From assembly GCA_002633005.1 (NCBI GenBank), contig NMRA01000508.1, positions 165,250-229,249 of the forward strand: 64,000 nucleotides of DNA, in the 5' to 3' direction. Positions 33,645 through 47,942 of the stretch are shown here, piece by piece. Made by a program: the position numbers and the translations under genes. Each line of letters starts with the position of its first letter. Position 1 is the first letter of the stretch. This stretch comes from Phoronis australis (taxonomy: Eukaryota; Animalia; Phoronida). Under the pieces are notes generated by a model. The model saw only the letters and a program-made list of their open reading frames with translations, was not told where the DNA came from and searched no databases.

Positions 33645-35581
33645 CCACCGGTCTACATCGTCATCACCTCGTATACGGTAGATCTTACCTCGCTGAGACT
33701 GGTGTCGCGTTAACCTGTGAGAAAGGTGAGAAACTACGCAGTGACGTCAGTGGTTCTTCTGCAGATTGAGTACCGCTATGGCGTGGTGTACCGTTCCCTC
33801 TTGTGCCAAGTACGAAGATGCAAGGAAAGTGGGTAGGTCGTTTTTTATTTCCTCGAGAGCCCAAAATGCTTCGGAAGTGGCTCACGGTAATGAAGAATGA
33901 AAAGTATGCCGTTAATACCAAGTATGAAGCCATGAAACTTCTCCGTGTCTGACAGTGCCCAGCATTTCGTCTTATCGGTTGTTGATCAGTTTTTTGATTA
34001 TGGAGAGTTGTAGTTGGCCATGAAAACATAAACAATTACAATTAAATCCAGGCGTGAGAACATAACGTTTTACATAACCTGTTTGATGATTGACTCGTTC
34101 GTGAGGCTTCTGTTTGGTCCTCTGGGTGTAGGATGTTTTCATCAGTTCTTTCAGTTCTCAGCCCCAAAAAACGTCGTTAGCTCCGTCTGTTTAGATGCGG
34201 TGCAAACTCAGGATGGTCCGTGAGATGGCGTTTCACTTGCAGCATTTCGTGGCAGCATACGCAAGCGTCACTGTGTCGTTTCCACTATTGTGCAGTTAGC
34301 TCACTGACACCATGACAAGTCATTCAAACGGTTTTCGGAATTATCCATATGTTCCGTTGTCTGTGCACGTTCACGGAGCCTCTCTATTATTTCTTGATCA
34401 GTGTATCCCGGTTTGAACTGATAGCCTGTAAAACCTCACGATCGACCAGTGAAGTCTTCGTCGGATGAGCACTCGTCTAAGTCGGGATTGCGAGTTGCCA
34501 CGTCGACGTTTATTATTGTGCGTTCTGTTCAAAATAAATTATTCTCTCCCTAACCGATACTTATATAAATCTGAAGTCTCATTAGATACAACTTGTAATG
34601 CCTTGGAGTGTTCGTGAGTGCAAAATGTTTTGAGAAGCCAGCAATGAATATATCACTGTGTTACCGGCTTTAGATGCAACAAACTAATTGACCGGGCACC
34701 AAGGCCGCGTGAGTGCATGCTAATTTATTGTTTGCTGACAGAAAGCTGTTGTGAAAAAATAACTCGATTTTATAACCTATGGTCAGATGTTAGGGGAATC
34801 ATTATTTAGGTATTCATATACCCCATATTCGAATCATTGTTACTGTTCAACTTTTGCCCTGACGGTTCTGTGGGTAACCTGACTTCGCGGCCCCCGACGA
34901 GCTAGTAAATAGATTTGCAGTTTCGCGACGAATTCACCAAAATAATTACGTGCACATTTTTTCTTTGGCTCACTAGTAAAGTCTTTTCATGACTGGAAGT
35001 TTAGTTTCGAACTTTGGCTGGTTTATGTTCGTGATGTCTTCAGTCCGACCACTATGGGTCTGAACGGGTTCCGAGCCACTAGCCGGGATAGCAAGCGTTT
35101 TGTGTGTTTAAAACTGAAAAAATCGCAAGTCTAAAATTACAACACACACCTCTGTTCTTTGTATTTCACGGACGAATAATTTGAAGTTATCACGGAACAG
35201 ACCCCAAACTTCCGCGACCGACCTTGGTAAATTGGCCTACCGAACTTTGTAGGATACGGTACGTTCTAATACCTAAAATCCGTACCAGCGAAATAAAATA
35301 AAACTTCTTTTCAATAACTCGATGTATTTGTAAGGGTTTTACATCGAATTTTGATGATGTATTTGTGATGTAAAACGATGAATTCAAGAGATAAGCTGAC
35401 GCCAGTAAGAGTTTTGTGAACTGCTGAACAGACTGCATTCGAACCTCTGACGTCATTGGTTAATTTCAACACCTCCGTCTGCCGTCAAGTGTCAGGTTAA
35501 AGAGCTGTACTTTCTGTTATCGTGTGGAACTACTCGATCTACATTGATACAAATTAGGTTGTTTTTGGGCGGCATTCTCCT
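33645..35581 (+). mobile_element. Second diverged Kolobok copy, left end missing
   Basis: Colinear with 26130-27778. Right TIR GGGCGGCATTCTCCT followed by TTAA (35582-35585). THAP remnant from 33778 (MAWCTVPSC..FPREPKMLRKW..LRV*..HF). Minus-strand KolX remnant GYQFKPGYTDQEI..RLNDLSWCQ*ANC..ACVCCHE (~34245-34500). Confidence 0.8.
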
Positions 35582-36371
35582 TTAATAGCACCGTTCTGGA
35601 CCAGTCACAAACCACTGCTATTCAAAAGTGATGGCTTTGCTTGCAGTTTTTGTAAGCGCCGGTTGTCACAGAAATTTGACGAATTGTGGAATGTGCGACC
35701 TACACAATAGTTTAAAAACATACCTAGATCATAAAATGATCACCCTCTGTTCTGCTCATGTTTCCTGCTCAAAAATTAGCAACTCATGCCATCAACTTAC
35801 TGTAGTATAATTCAGCGACAAGATGGCGTAGAGAGCAACGCATGCACGTGACATTTTTGCATACACATGTACTGCAGACTTCTTTCATTAATTGACATTT
35901 TCTGTTTTGATTAGGAGCTGGTTCTGGTTCTTTACTCCATTCGGGCCTGGCACCTACAACGGGTACGACAAGGTGAATGTACACACGCATATTGGTGAAA
36001 AGTCACCAAAACTTCACGCTTTCATTTGCGAACTCGTGGATCTGGAAATTCTCAAGAGTCTATTAATCTTTGCGGCCTTCGTGTTTGTTTCCAAAGATAA
36101 ACTCTTCGTGCTATCATGAATGGACTACGGGCTAACAAACGCGGTGCATTTGACGTCACGCACACGTCATTGCAAGGACCGTCTACATTAAGTTTTCTGA
36201 GTGTACATGTATAGCAACCTACATGTACGTGCCGAACGACAGCAGTTCTTAAGCGAGTGTAGAAATACCTCCGGATACAGAGCAATTAACGTGTTAAAAC
36301 TTTTTAGCAAACTTTTCTTTAATTAAATCAATGAAGGTTCGCTACACAAAAATCAAAAATATTACCTGCTA

Positions 36372-36633
36372 GCGGGCACACCCAGAGGGGGCTCTGGGGA
36401 CTTGAACGAGCTCCCCCAATTTGACGAATAGGGCAAAAAATTCGCCTCAATGAAACAAAAAGTCCGAGCAAACGATACAAAGGCCCACAAAGTCTACAGG
36501 AATTCAGAGCAGTTGCAAAATTCGTTGGTCGGCACCTAGTGGCCCTGTTTTTTTTTTAGTCCTCGTAGATTTTTTTCAGAAAAAGGTCCGCGTACCGAAA
36601 AGCCCCCTATAATTTAGGGCGGGTGCGCGCATG
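36372..36633. mobile_element. MITE of the CATGCGCGCACCCAG-terminus family
   Basis: cacccagagggggctctgggg ... agccccct ... gggtgcgcgcatg; related to 45496-45733, 53072-53324 and ~63533-63692. Confidence 0.6.
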
Positions 36634-36802
36634 CTACTAATTGTATATGTAGGTGCAGAAATCCAGCCATTTCACTGTAACAAAATGAACGGCCTACCGA
36701 GCAGGTCAAGGGAGGCAAAGCTTTAACGGTCCCTCCCTGGTTTGCAAATCGTTTTCCGGAAACAAGGAGGCAACCGTCACGCCTGTCGCACACTTGAGAC
36801 CC

Positions 36803-36955
36803 GCCTCCCGTACAGTAACGCGAGGACTTCGCTAAAAAGCAAGACTTCGAGAGATTACCTGAGATATTGCCCAGTATTTTGAATGAGACCAAGTGACTTT
36901 GACTAGATTTTAGCTAGGTCCTAGCGTTGGTCTTAGCGTTACTGAACGCACACCC
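36803..36955 (-). mobile_element. Inverted copy of the 1560-1710 MITE
   Basis: Reverse complement matches (gcaagacttcgagagattacctgagatattgc ... gctaggtcctagcg ... ttactgaacgcacacc). Confidence 0.7.
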
Positions 36956-39900
36956 GGTTTCGAATCCTGGCTTCGCTGGCTGACAGCAATCGAACATTAC
37001 GCAAAAGTTTCTCTTAGTCCTCAGAGCTCGGTCTTAACTCTTAAAATTTGGTGACGAATGAACATGTACTGTATGCAAGGGAATGAATGTACCAATTATC
37101 AAATTGCCAGTGATAAGTCACCGGCTAGTGTTCCATGTTTACTCTGAAAACTGACAATAAACAATTAAAATATGAACGTAATACCACGCTTATAAACACT
37201 GCTCACCCGTATTGGGATTGTCTAGCAAACTCGCGGGGCGCGGGCTCTTCAATTACCAAACATAGTGCCTCACTAAATACCGCTAGACTCAGCTCAGACT
37301 CACAAACACTCCGGCTTTCAACTTGTGCCCATCATGTACCATGTTTGTGGAGAGTCGCGTTTGTGTGTTTTCAAATGTGTAATTAAATTGTGTTTTGTGC
37401 ATCGTGTTTGGCGGCTGGTTACTCGATGGTGTGCGGGTACAGTAAATGCATGAACAGAGGCTTTGGGCCCGCGGCCGTGTCATGAGTGCGAGTTGTACGC
37501 TTACATTGCCAGCGAATCCCCGTGGAAGGGCCACCACACAATCGGTGTCGGCAGTGCGGTGGTTGGGATGCATGCAAAAGTGTCGGTGCATGATTTTCGT
37601 GAACAACATCCAGCCAAATGCATCACAGCTTAATTTCACATCTCAATATTGATAAGGTATGAATCCTGTCTGCAGGCGAGGGCCAGTAAACATCACAACT
37701 CCGGGGAATATATTGCCAGGGCGTTACTATCATAAGGATTCAATAAAGAACGGACTTTAAACGAAAAAATATAAATAAAATGAGAGACTTGCGAAAGTAT
37801 CTTTATGCTCGTATTTGGACCTTTCTGGGTCATCACTGAGCAACTCAGTCCTCGGCCTTTCGTTGACGGAAATATCCAGGCCGGGATTCTCAGTTGGCAA
37901 TAAAAATCGAACTGGTGCTAAGAAACAACGCATTCATAACGCTACTGCGCGCACGCTACGCATGCCCAAATGGAAGCCACAGAATCGTGTATGTAGTTGG
38001 TTACGAAAATGCAAGAAATGTTTGGGTTGATTCTGAGGCTGCGAAAATGCAAACATCCAAAACGCCTCTGGTATTTTGTTATCACGAATTCAATTGCCGA
38101 GCTTTTTCTGATGTCTAATTGAAGATACACACAGAAATGGTGTATTCAAGATAAAAAGGGTGCATTTGATTTTGAACCGCCGGCTTCGTGGAATATACAC
38201 TTCAATGAACCAGACATTGTTTCATTGTTGACGTCATCACGAGTCATTACTTATTTGTTTCCTAAACAGCGTTTAAACATCGTCTTTTCAATTTACGAGT
38301 GGACCGAACATTGCTGTCAGACGGATATTGTTAGAAGACAAATGGACTAATTGGCAGTCGACTTTGATTGAAATCCAGATGTTACGTGACATAACTGGGG
38401 TCTCGAAGTGTTGCAGTGTTGTAATTAACTGAATAGAAGTGTAATTATACGGGCTTTCGTTTGCAGCCAGTAAATGTCCTTCATGAAACTAAAATGTTTA
38501 CAATGTAAGCTGTAGGTTGCTTATAGGTTTAGCGGATCGTTGTTTTACTTAAAGCCTATCTTGATCGGTAACACCTGTAAATTTGGTTCCTACTATATAT
38601 GTTAAGAGCATCGCTCTGAGCGCACCATTGTCATAATTTCCAAATGTAATGGACTTTTAGGCGTATAGGCTTGCTTTTGTTCACATCACCGCGAGAATCA
38701 TCTTTAATTCAACCAGCTGCCAAATAACACCCGCACAAAATGGTGTTCTATTCAGCCCCCTGTTGACTGTTGTCGGCCTTTGGTTGATTGCGCTGGGATC
38801 TCGCGGTGACGCAATATACAGTATGGCACGAAAATGCAGCTTCACCTATCATTTGACGGGCTTACATTTGCGTGATTGAACTCGCGTTTCCTTATTTTAC
38901 TAAGGCTTTGCTAGGACTATCTCGTTAGCCCAGTACATCTAAAATAACAAAATTCCTTTGAAGTTAGGCTTTAAATCACCTGTGTTCCCCTGATATAAGG
39001 AAATAAATACACAAAACGTGCCGAGAGTGGCGTACATGAAGTAATATCCCACGAGACGTTATTACGCGTATCGACCGAGACCGAAGGTGGAGGTTGATAC
39101 TCTATAGAGGCTGACGTCGGACAGTGGACCGAACGAATCAAAACGTTACAAAGCTTTTATAATTTTGGAAGAGACAAGGCAGAAACGAGCATAATCTTTC
39201 ACACCGACATAAAACCCAGTCAGTAGCACCACTATAATTAGATACGATCATTCTTGACAAACGCACTCGGCGTTCGAAGAAATGAAATCATTGACCGCTA
39301 TTCACGACTGGGTTTTGACAGTCAGGGTAAAAACCGGTTATATTTACATTTCGAGACACATATTACTCGACACGTTATGCCATAAAATTGCTACAGTATA
39401 CACCGGGTCTAAAACTTCAAAAAGTGCAATCGTCCATTGTAGGAACGCTTCAAGAAGGCATCGCTGGTGAGCTGTGTTTACGAGTGACTCAGTATATACG
39501 TCGAGTGCGACAATATATTCCGTCAACATCGACATATATTGTCGCCCGGGCGACAGTATGTGTCTTCTGCGGCAATATGTGTAGTGAACACCAGCCCCTC
39601 TATTTGTTGAAATGTTGTCTTCTTATCAGGATTTTGACATAGGCGAATCCTTATAGTCAAGCGGAGAATGCTCAGAACGATGTTGTAACAAGATGTACTG
39701 GGAAAAATCCGTGACATGGTTGGCCATAGTTATAACTACATCTGATGCCAGCCTCGTTTGCGGGAGCATTGATTTTGCAAACATTAACATTTGGGATACT
39801 TAAGACGTCGAGTCTGGAGGCGACAATGTCCGCTGCATGGTTTTGATAATGTTTACCGTTAATGCCGACACGTATTGCCACTCGGGAAACAGTGCACGCA

Positions 39901-41812
39901 TGCGTCGATGTTGACGGCGCATTTTGTCGCCCAGGTGACAAAACGTGTGGAATGCGACATTCTACTTGTATGCCGCAACATGCCTTCACGATGGTGTGAA
40001 GTGGTCAGACATGTGTGGAATTTATCAAGTCATTATTTCAAGATGTCCAACTGTTAAGAAGGCTTAAACTGTTATGTACTATTTTGTTTCATTACTAAAC
40101 TATGTTTACTTTTTCTCAGACTTTCAATCAAGCAGTCAGCGTTGTTTGTAAACTCACGTCATTTCCTACATCGTATCTCAGACATGAATGATTAGATTCA
40201 CGTAACATCAACTTCTTCAAAGTCATATTAGGAATTGTTTCCAAAATGTTACCCTTTTGCATGAGAGAGTATCAAAAATATGACTTGATGACTTCCTTCA
40301 AAAATTCAAATTTCATAAAATTAAAATAAATGATAAATTAGGAAATTGTAATAGCGTATTTGTCTCATCATGCTGAACAATTGTATCAAAAATAAGGTGA
40401 AATGACCCAATCACTATCATATGGATACAAATGCAAAAATCTGATTCCACTGGCATTTTAATTTCATAGAATATATTTAAAATAAATGTATCCGATATTC
40501 GGCTACATATCTTAAGTTATAGTGTTTGGATACAACTTCTTCCTGTGTACATATGTACATGTACTCACAGGTCTCTTCAACAACACTAGGCCACCGATTC
40601 TTCGTTTTGCGTCTCGTCCTTTTTACTTTACTCATGAAAACGATGTTGCTGAGTTTGAGGTTTTTGAACTTACCTTGTCGGTGTCAATGAACTTCACTAT
40701 TCATGAACTTGCATAAGCCATTGAAAGTACAACCGACCTTTCATGTATCTAAAAAACAAGAATTCTGCTATCTCATAAACCTGAACTCCAAGAAATTACT
40801 TCAATACAGCGCAATAATCCACATAAATTGAACAGGAAATACACAGCCAGGAAAATGCATGAATTCACAAGAATATTACAGATGTGTTGGGCTCCTGTAT
40901 CTAACATTTGTCTGGGATGTACATGGATTCAACGAAACACTAGGTGGCACTGAGAAACAACAAAAGGACAGTAACTAACAGAGCCACTTGTGGGACTACA
41001 TGGAAGTAGCAATATATAAACAAACAAAGCAAAACAATGGTCTCTACTTCCTGGTTTACAGGAGTTATAACCAATCAAAATGTGCATGTTGTTGCGTCAT
41101 AGTGTTTGCATTGAGCATAAGAGAGGTATGGTTGAATGAGACATGTTTGGTGTCCGTTTTTAAGCTAGCTGTCGAAGTCGGAGCACGAGAACCACATTCG
41201 CTGGTGCAGCGTATGACCAACAAGGTGAATTATCCAGAAAGAGCGTCAGGTGGCGTTAGGTCATCGTAAATAGAAAATAAGAATCATTTTTCCTTAAATG
41301 ATAAAAAATGTAAAATTGGGGAAATGGACAAACGGACGTTTCTCTGCAATTTTCCCCGAAGATTACTGAAATGATTGGATTCTTTTTTCAACGAAATATT
41401 TTGCCTTTTGATTACGTTATGTTTGGCACGACCAAGGAACTTGTTTTTCATCACTTATAACCGAACATTCCATTGATCAAAATACTGCTTGCAACCTTGT
41501 GGCGGGTTTAAAAGTCATTTGAACTCATTGACGACTTAAACCACGTTACTTTATGGTTTAAGTTCTAGTCGCTTGTAACCGTGCATAAGCGGCTTTATGG
41601 GGGGTCAGGGGGCCCGGCCCTCCTTGGCTGCCGGAAAAAACATAAAACTGCAAGAACGTAGGGAAATGTTGAGTTAATTAATTAACCCCGGTAATTAACA
41701 TTATACGACGGAAACAAGATTTTAATGTGCGCAGTTTTAGTGTGTTTGGGGGGGGGTTTAGATCCAATTTCAAGTGTCAATTTCGGAACACGGCTCAATT
41801 GTAACAAATCTA

Positions 41813-42524
41813 TGGCTAAGTATTGGCTCTCCCGCGATATCCCAGGCGACCGGCAGTGGCTCTGCGCACTCCGACTCCGTTTCCGTCGTCTGCTTCACTG
41901 TGCAATGAAGAATCTTACTTCATTTTTTTAAAGAAAATGGAATCTGAGTGACGATGAAAAAACAGAAGCTGCTGGTAAGATGTGAATTTTAACCGAAGCA
42001 TCAGTGAATCACTCAGAAACTCATAATAATCTCTTTGTCAAACCTTAACTTAAGACGATTTCCAAAGCAATCGCGTCATTAGTGCCAACACAAAAAACGG
42101 GTTTGGTCTTTTGGGCAATTGAAGACTATTTTAAATACAACAAATTTGTTACGAACTGATTGCACAAAATATAAAAAGTGTAATAAGATTTACAAAAAGA
42201 AGTAGGTTTCGCGCGCAAACGCTGTGGACCATAAACAAGTAGGTCTCTTATCAATAACTGTTGAGTGAAGTCGTGGTCGTGTAGAGGTAAAGTACTCTCG
42301 CTCTTTCCGCCAGGTCATGAGTTCGAGTCTGTGATAATTGTGATAATTGAAGTTTGTCATGTTTGACTCGTTCGCCGTGTTTTTTTTTTTTTTTTTTTTT
42401 TCTTTGCCTTTTTTGTTGGATAATACTTCAGGAATCAAGGAAAATGCGTGATTTTTAGAGAAAAAAAATTCCTGGGAGGGAGGGGGTTCGTCCCCCCCCT
42501 TGTGATATCCTAGATCCGCCACTG
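41813..42524. mobile_element. ~0.7-kb non-autonomous repeat (copy 2)
   Basis: Same start (ggcta.gtat.ggctctcccgc) and same end (gatatcctagatccgccactg) as 30033-30815. Confidence 0.75.
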
Positions 42525-45149
42525 CCGTGCACAGTGTGTACGTAATTAATGCGTCCATGAACTATGTGGGCCAAACAGGTGGTAATCAAGCTACATCTAC
42601 CATTGAACGAAAATTTGTATCAATGGTTTCACACCATCGAGACGCATGTTAAGCTCTGGAAAGTAGGATTGTATGTATACATATTTCGGTAAGCTAATCG
42701 TCAATTGGGTTGGATATTTTCTATCAAGCAAAGGATTCTTTCCTGAACATGAAAACTTCAGTTACAAAAGGTAAAGTAAGTTAAGACTGTATTCAAGAAT
42801 AAAATGAAAATTAGTTGTGAGATTTTTTCATTTTAATCGTGAGTACAGGTTGAACCAACTTTACTATGAGGCTGTCATCAGTACATTATATCAAATACAA
42901 AATTCTGTCGCCAAGTAGTGAATAAGTACTGTATAAACATCACAGTTTATTGCAGATACAGAAGTTCGTTCTATACTGAACATGACGCAATTTATGTTTT
43001 ACCTTTTTTAATGTCTGACTATTTTCTTGCGAACATGGCACCCACGCCACAGTTAATGATTTCCGCGTGTCCATACAGTGACCTTGGCTAATGAGACCAC
43101 AGAAGGTACATAACTTTAAAATCAACGTTATGACTATTTTGAGATACTGGAGAATTTTATGTCAAATTTTATACCCGTAGGCGTGACCGCCCACAGTGAA
43201 TCCCCATGCGCTATCGACGAGACACAACACTTCTGGGTACTGCTTGTAACCGTGTGACCCGAAGTTGATGAGGAGTCGTACAATGTTAAGTTGCTATGGT
43301 GTCCCGTGCGTGAACTGTAGTTGGAATGTACCCTGAGTTCATGAGCGTATTTCCAATAAAACATGACGTTACATTGTTCATTACGTGGGTATTAGTTGTA
43401 AATAATTTAGAAACGTGCCAAATTGTTATCACTTACCCACTACCGCCTGTGCCAGTTCTTACAAGGTTATTCACTTTTTAAACGCTGTCAAAATACGTTG
43501 AGTTAATTACACGAAATGAACCTAAGAAGCGCAACTCAAAAACAAATACTTTTATTTTTGTTATTGTTTATCTTCTACGCGGACTTTTTAGTGCTGCGTC
43601 GCCCATGTTCAGGATTGGTCAGTTGAACCAATTATAATGTATGCCAAGAACTACAGTACATACCAGTTGTTTCTTAACGTGTTGTTTTTACGACACGTAA
43701 ACAAAAACCACAACATTGTGTACTGCGCTGTCTATCGTTGGAGTACTCGGAACTGTCACCACCGATTAGCAATCGGTGGTGTGTGACGGGGTGCACGTAT
43801 AGCGACGGAAGATCTTTTCAGTTTTACAGTATCACCTTGAAGAACCCTCATGTGAATCCCAGTCAAAACGAGGAAATCACATTTATCAGAGTAATATTTA
43901 TACATTGTAATTTTGAAAAAAATATTGCGGTACCAGAAATTAACGATGTACAGCTGCATAAGGCAATGCAACTATTTATGCCACGTAGACTCTATACATG
44001 TACAAGACGTCTCGTAGATCTACTATAACTGATTCAGTGCATAGTAATAATTATTCCGTTCTTTATAATTTGTAAAGTACAAAGTCAATGACCGAGAATG
44101 GGAGATCTGTAAGACTCCATTTTGATCACAAGTGTTTCAGAACTTTTGCAAAATAAATCAATCCCAAACTTGTCGGGGCGGGGGGGAGCTTCTTTCATTT
44201 GACCACGGATAGAACGTGGCATACAAAAACCCAGACCATACACACAAACTCGGGTTGATCAACGAAAATGGTCATCAGACATAAACAAATTTCTTACTAG
44301 TGGTTGCAAGTCGCAGTTCTCTTTGGAAAGTGTATCACAAAGTCGCCCCCCGGCCTCTCTATCCATGTGAAGTGTGATCAACAACTGTATACTGTACTTG
44401 GGGGGGGGTGAACCCGAGACAATACTACCCGATGGAGTAAAGCAGGCTTTAAGGGATCGCATGTTTACAGGGCCTCGATAAATGCACATTCTTGTTATTT
44501 GAGGGGCATGTAATCGATCTAGAATATACCTGAGTTTTTCAAGAGGAATGATTGCAAAACGATATTCTTTGACCGGGACGAGGTTGCACAAAGACTTCAC
44601 ATAAATTGTGCCAGTGACTGGCAATTATGTGTGTATTCGCAGAGACTTTGCATTTTTGCCCATGTGATATTTACTAATGTTTCAAAGATGGTTGTGTGTA
44701 GCGTAAGACCAAATTTCAGTTTTAAATCTTTAAAGACACTTTTCACGAAACAGACCCAAAAGTACAGTGTATGGAAATCTCGGAGCGTTCCTAATTTTAG
44801 ATAGCTCGTTGGGTATACATTAAAGGGAAATTACAAAACCAACGTATTAAGACAAAAAGATACTCATTTGCTTAACATGTTCGTCGACTCATTTGTAATT
44901 ACGCAGTGTTTTCGTAAAATCTCGGAAGGTTCATTAAGATGGTTAACTATAATTTGATAAGCAAATCAGTATTGACTGAGGCTTCTAATGAGGGCAGTAT
45001 GTCTTCCTAGACTGTTTCCGTTTAAATTAACAGAGTAAGAACTGATTAAAGACAATTTGCATTTTTTCTTTGACAGTACTCACAACCGAAAATGCAAGGT
45101 TATCAACCAAGAGGCTACACATCTTAAAATATCCATCAAGAAATTTTGG

Positions 45150-45480
45150 TTGTACATACATGTATGTGTATTTGTTTATTTGTATGTGTATGTATAGTTG
45201 TATATGTACATGTATATGTCTATATTTGTATGTGTAAACATGTATGTATATCTGTGTATGAAACGTGTATATATATTTGTGTATATGTATAATGTATTAA
45301 TGTTTATGTATAATGTATTAATGTTTATGTATAATGTATTAATGTTTATGTATAATTTGTGTTAATGTTTATGTTTGTGTATTGTACAGTTTGTATATGT
45401 GCATATGAGCATACATTGTATATGTGTATACGTATATGTATACATGCATATGTGCACATGTGTACATGTAAGTGTTTATG
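45150..45480. repeat. TA/TG-rich compound microsatellite with embedded ~21-bp tandem units
   Basis: tatg/tgta runs; tataatgtattaatgtttatg repeated about 3 times at ~45288-45355. Confidence 0.85.
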
Positions 45481-45495
45481 AGAGTGTTTAAAAAT

Positions 45496-45733
45496 CATGC
45501 GCGCACCCAGGGGGCTCGGGGAGCTCGAACGAGTGGGCAAAACGGTCCGCCTCAAAAAAAAAACAACTCCGAGAAAACGAGGCAAACGTCCACCAGTTAC
45601 TGTTTTAAAGGTAGTGCCCTGTTTTTTGTTTTTGTTTTTTTTTTAGTCCTGCCGATATTCAATTTTTTGTCAGCAAAAGGTCGGCATTGACAGAAATTCG
45701 AGCCCCCCATATTGAAGGCTGGGTGTGCGCATG
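45496..45733. mobile_element. MITE with TIRs CATGCGCGCACCCAG / CTGGGTGTGCGCATG
   Basis: 15-bp TIR with 1 mismatch; internal gagccccc motifs; other copies in the window. Confidence 0.75.
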
Positions 45734-47406
45734 AAAATGATTTCCATATCAGAATAGACTACTCATTTCCTTCAGACTTAGAAAAAGTTTCTCGTACATG
45801 TAGCTTACAATTTTCACTGATTTGGTCATCGCTTTCAACATTAGACTTACCAACCGCTATTAATCTTAGGCATATGCTGTTGTATGCTGTTTTGATGCGC
45901 TCAGTTTCAGTGCTCCGCTTTTTTCGCAATCGTTATGCTATTTTCTCATTTCGGAAATTGTCAACGCAGCGTCTTTAATGAATACGTTGGCGGCAGGAGA
46001 GGAATTAGGCAAAATTTCCCCGCGACTGTGAGGTAGGTATCAAATGGAGCACTAAATGGTGGCGGATAGGCACAGTCTCAACCTGCGTCTGCCTAGGCCA
46101 ATGGTAGGCCTACACTTTGCTCACGCGGTCTCAGTTTAAAGTCTATTCATTGGCTTTTTATCACCAGTTTACTATGGCTTACACCCAATGTAAACGTGAT
46201 CACACGAATTTATCTCAGACAACAGATCAAGAAAATTTTGAAGCATTTTCAACAAAGTACTTTGATTTTTTACGTAAGTACATTTTTCTGCTTTTGTTTT
46301 CGCATTGGCCCTCGACTTCTCCGGTTGTTGACCTTCGGATACTGCCTTAATCGCAAACTGACTTTGTTCGTGACGTCATTTTAGAATCCAAGCACCATGT
46401 CCAACAACAGTAAAGTACTCTGGTAATAGTAACCTCCGAAATCCTTCCTTTATCAGGCTATCGGGATTTTACAATAGATTTCTTCATTTTGGAGAGCTGG
46501 AGTTTTTTATAATCTACACGTATATGCCAATGACTGGTTGAGATCATGCGAATATTTAGTGACTCAAGGAGGATGTATGTCATCGGTTCATTAGTAAAAG
46601 ACTGTTGACATAAGCTTCTTAAAAACAATTTTAATTTTACGCTACAAATCCACCAATCAATGCCAAGCTATACCTGAAACAAACGCGAAAGGAACGCGAA
46701 TCCATCCGGCTCTTTACCAAAGTTAAAAACTCATCTCACACGACAGTCCAGCATTCGATTTCGTTCTCATATGCTCAATTTAGAGAGTTTGGTACTTCAT
46801 GTTGCCTCTTTTATTATAGTTATTACGTGCCGGCTTTGATAAGCATTGACTGCCTTCGTGGCCATTTTCACGACCTCCATCAATAACGAGGTAACCATTT
46901 TGATTTCACTAACTCTGACTGACAGCCTTTGATCGGAATCGACAATTTGTTATATAATCGCAAGTATATATTGCCGCCTCAAAATTAATAACTCCCAGAA
47001 TTCAATCGTAAAGCCGAATGTGTTAAGACTCACATAATATGCAACACTGTTACCTGTCTTGAAGGCCACAATTTTAAAGAAAAAATACAAATTAGAAAAG
47101 TTAGATGAAAAATTTCTGTTTGGCTTCAGAATCACGTGACACTATACATGTGCTATTAAACATGCCTCATCATTCTTAACGATGCTTTTTTGTGTCATCA
47201 TTTAAGGAGGTCGGAATTCTGAGCTTTTTCGCAAATCATACGAATTGGACTAAGTTAGATTCAGATATGTAACTAAATTCCATTAAACGAACGGAAGAAC
47301 AAATTTGCTACCCGACGTGACATCGCTAACGTGTGCACCAAATTATCATTTACTATTCAGACATGTTCGATTCTAGCGATTTACGGTTAACGACCACTTG
47401 AACGGG

Positions 47407-47564
47407 CACGTGGCGCTATATAATGAGACATTGGCTTCCACGCGATACAAATTACGGACGTTTGGCGAACCAACAGGACTGACGAAACAATAGGATAGAG
47501 TTATCTCAAAACAGAGGAACTTCACAGGATTTATACTTGAAAATTCCGGTTTACAGCACAAGTG
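47407..47564 (+). promoter_or_regulatory. Candidate TATA promoter and first non-coding exon (possibly of the neuropeptide gene)
   Basis: CACGTG 47407-47412, TATATAA 47417-47423, then GTAAGT donors at 47565 and 47648. No good ORF. The link to the acceptor at 54284 is inferred only. Confidence 0.35.
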
Positions 47565-47942
47565 GTAAGTCTTGATTTTAATCCAGTTTTCGTTGACGCG
47601 GATTTTAGCGGTGGCAAAAGTCTGTCCGTTTTTGTAGTACGGACAAGGTAAGTATAACTGAACTTACATTTATCAAACATAACTTCCAAGCGCGTCTTTT
47701 TTCAAAGCTTTGCACCCAGCTACATACAGAAGAAGTGTGAGTTCGACAGTTGTAAGAGTGCTTCAGGCCAGCGGCAGTGAGTTACTCTAAATTGACATTT
47801 TGCGCTAGCTATTACTCTTTTTTTCTAACTCCTAAGACGACTTTCAATTTCTGCTCATGAAATGACCGAGAAGCAAGCAGGGTCATTACATTACCGTCAG
47901 ATGACCCAGAGTTCATGGCTGAGGCACAGATTATTACACGAA

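Noticed and set aside
33645-35581. Duplication of 26.1-27.8 kb as a haplotype or assembly artefact
   Set aside because: The copies differ by many substitutions and indels, and similarity stops exactly at the TIR/TTAA, as expected for independent transposon copies.
35892-36119. TPFGP-containing ORF resembling the desulfurase N-terminus
   Set aside because: Wrong strand and no other family motif.
38995-39130. gaccgagaccgaaggtggaggttgata hairpin-like motif reminiscent of Crypton-type element ends
   Set aside because: Single short degenerate occurrence with no recombinase remnant or second end found.
44259-44624. 121-aa minus-strand ORF (and 49287-49694 on +)
   Set aside because: No recognisable motif or phase-compatible neighbouring exons; treated as chance ORFs.
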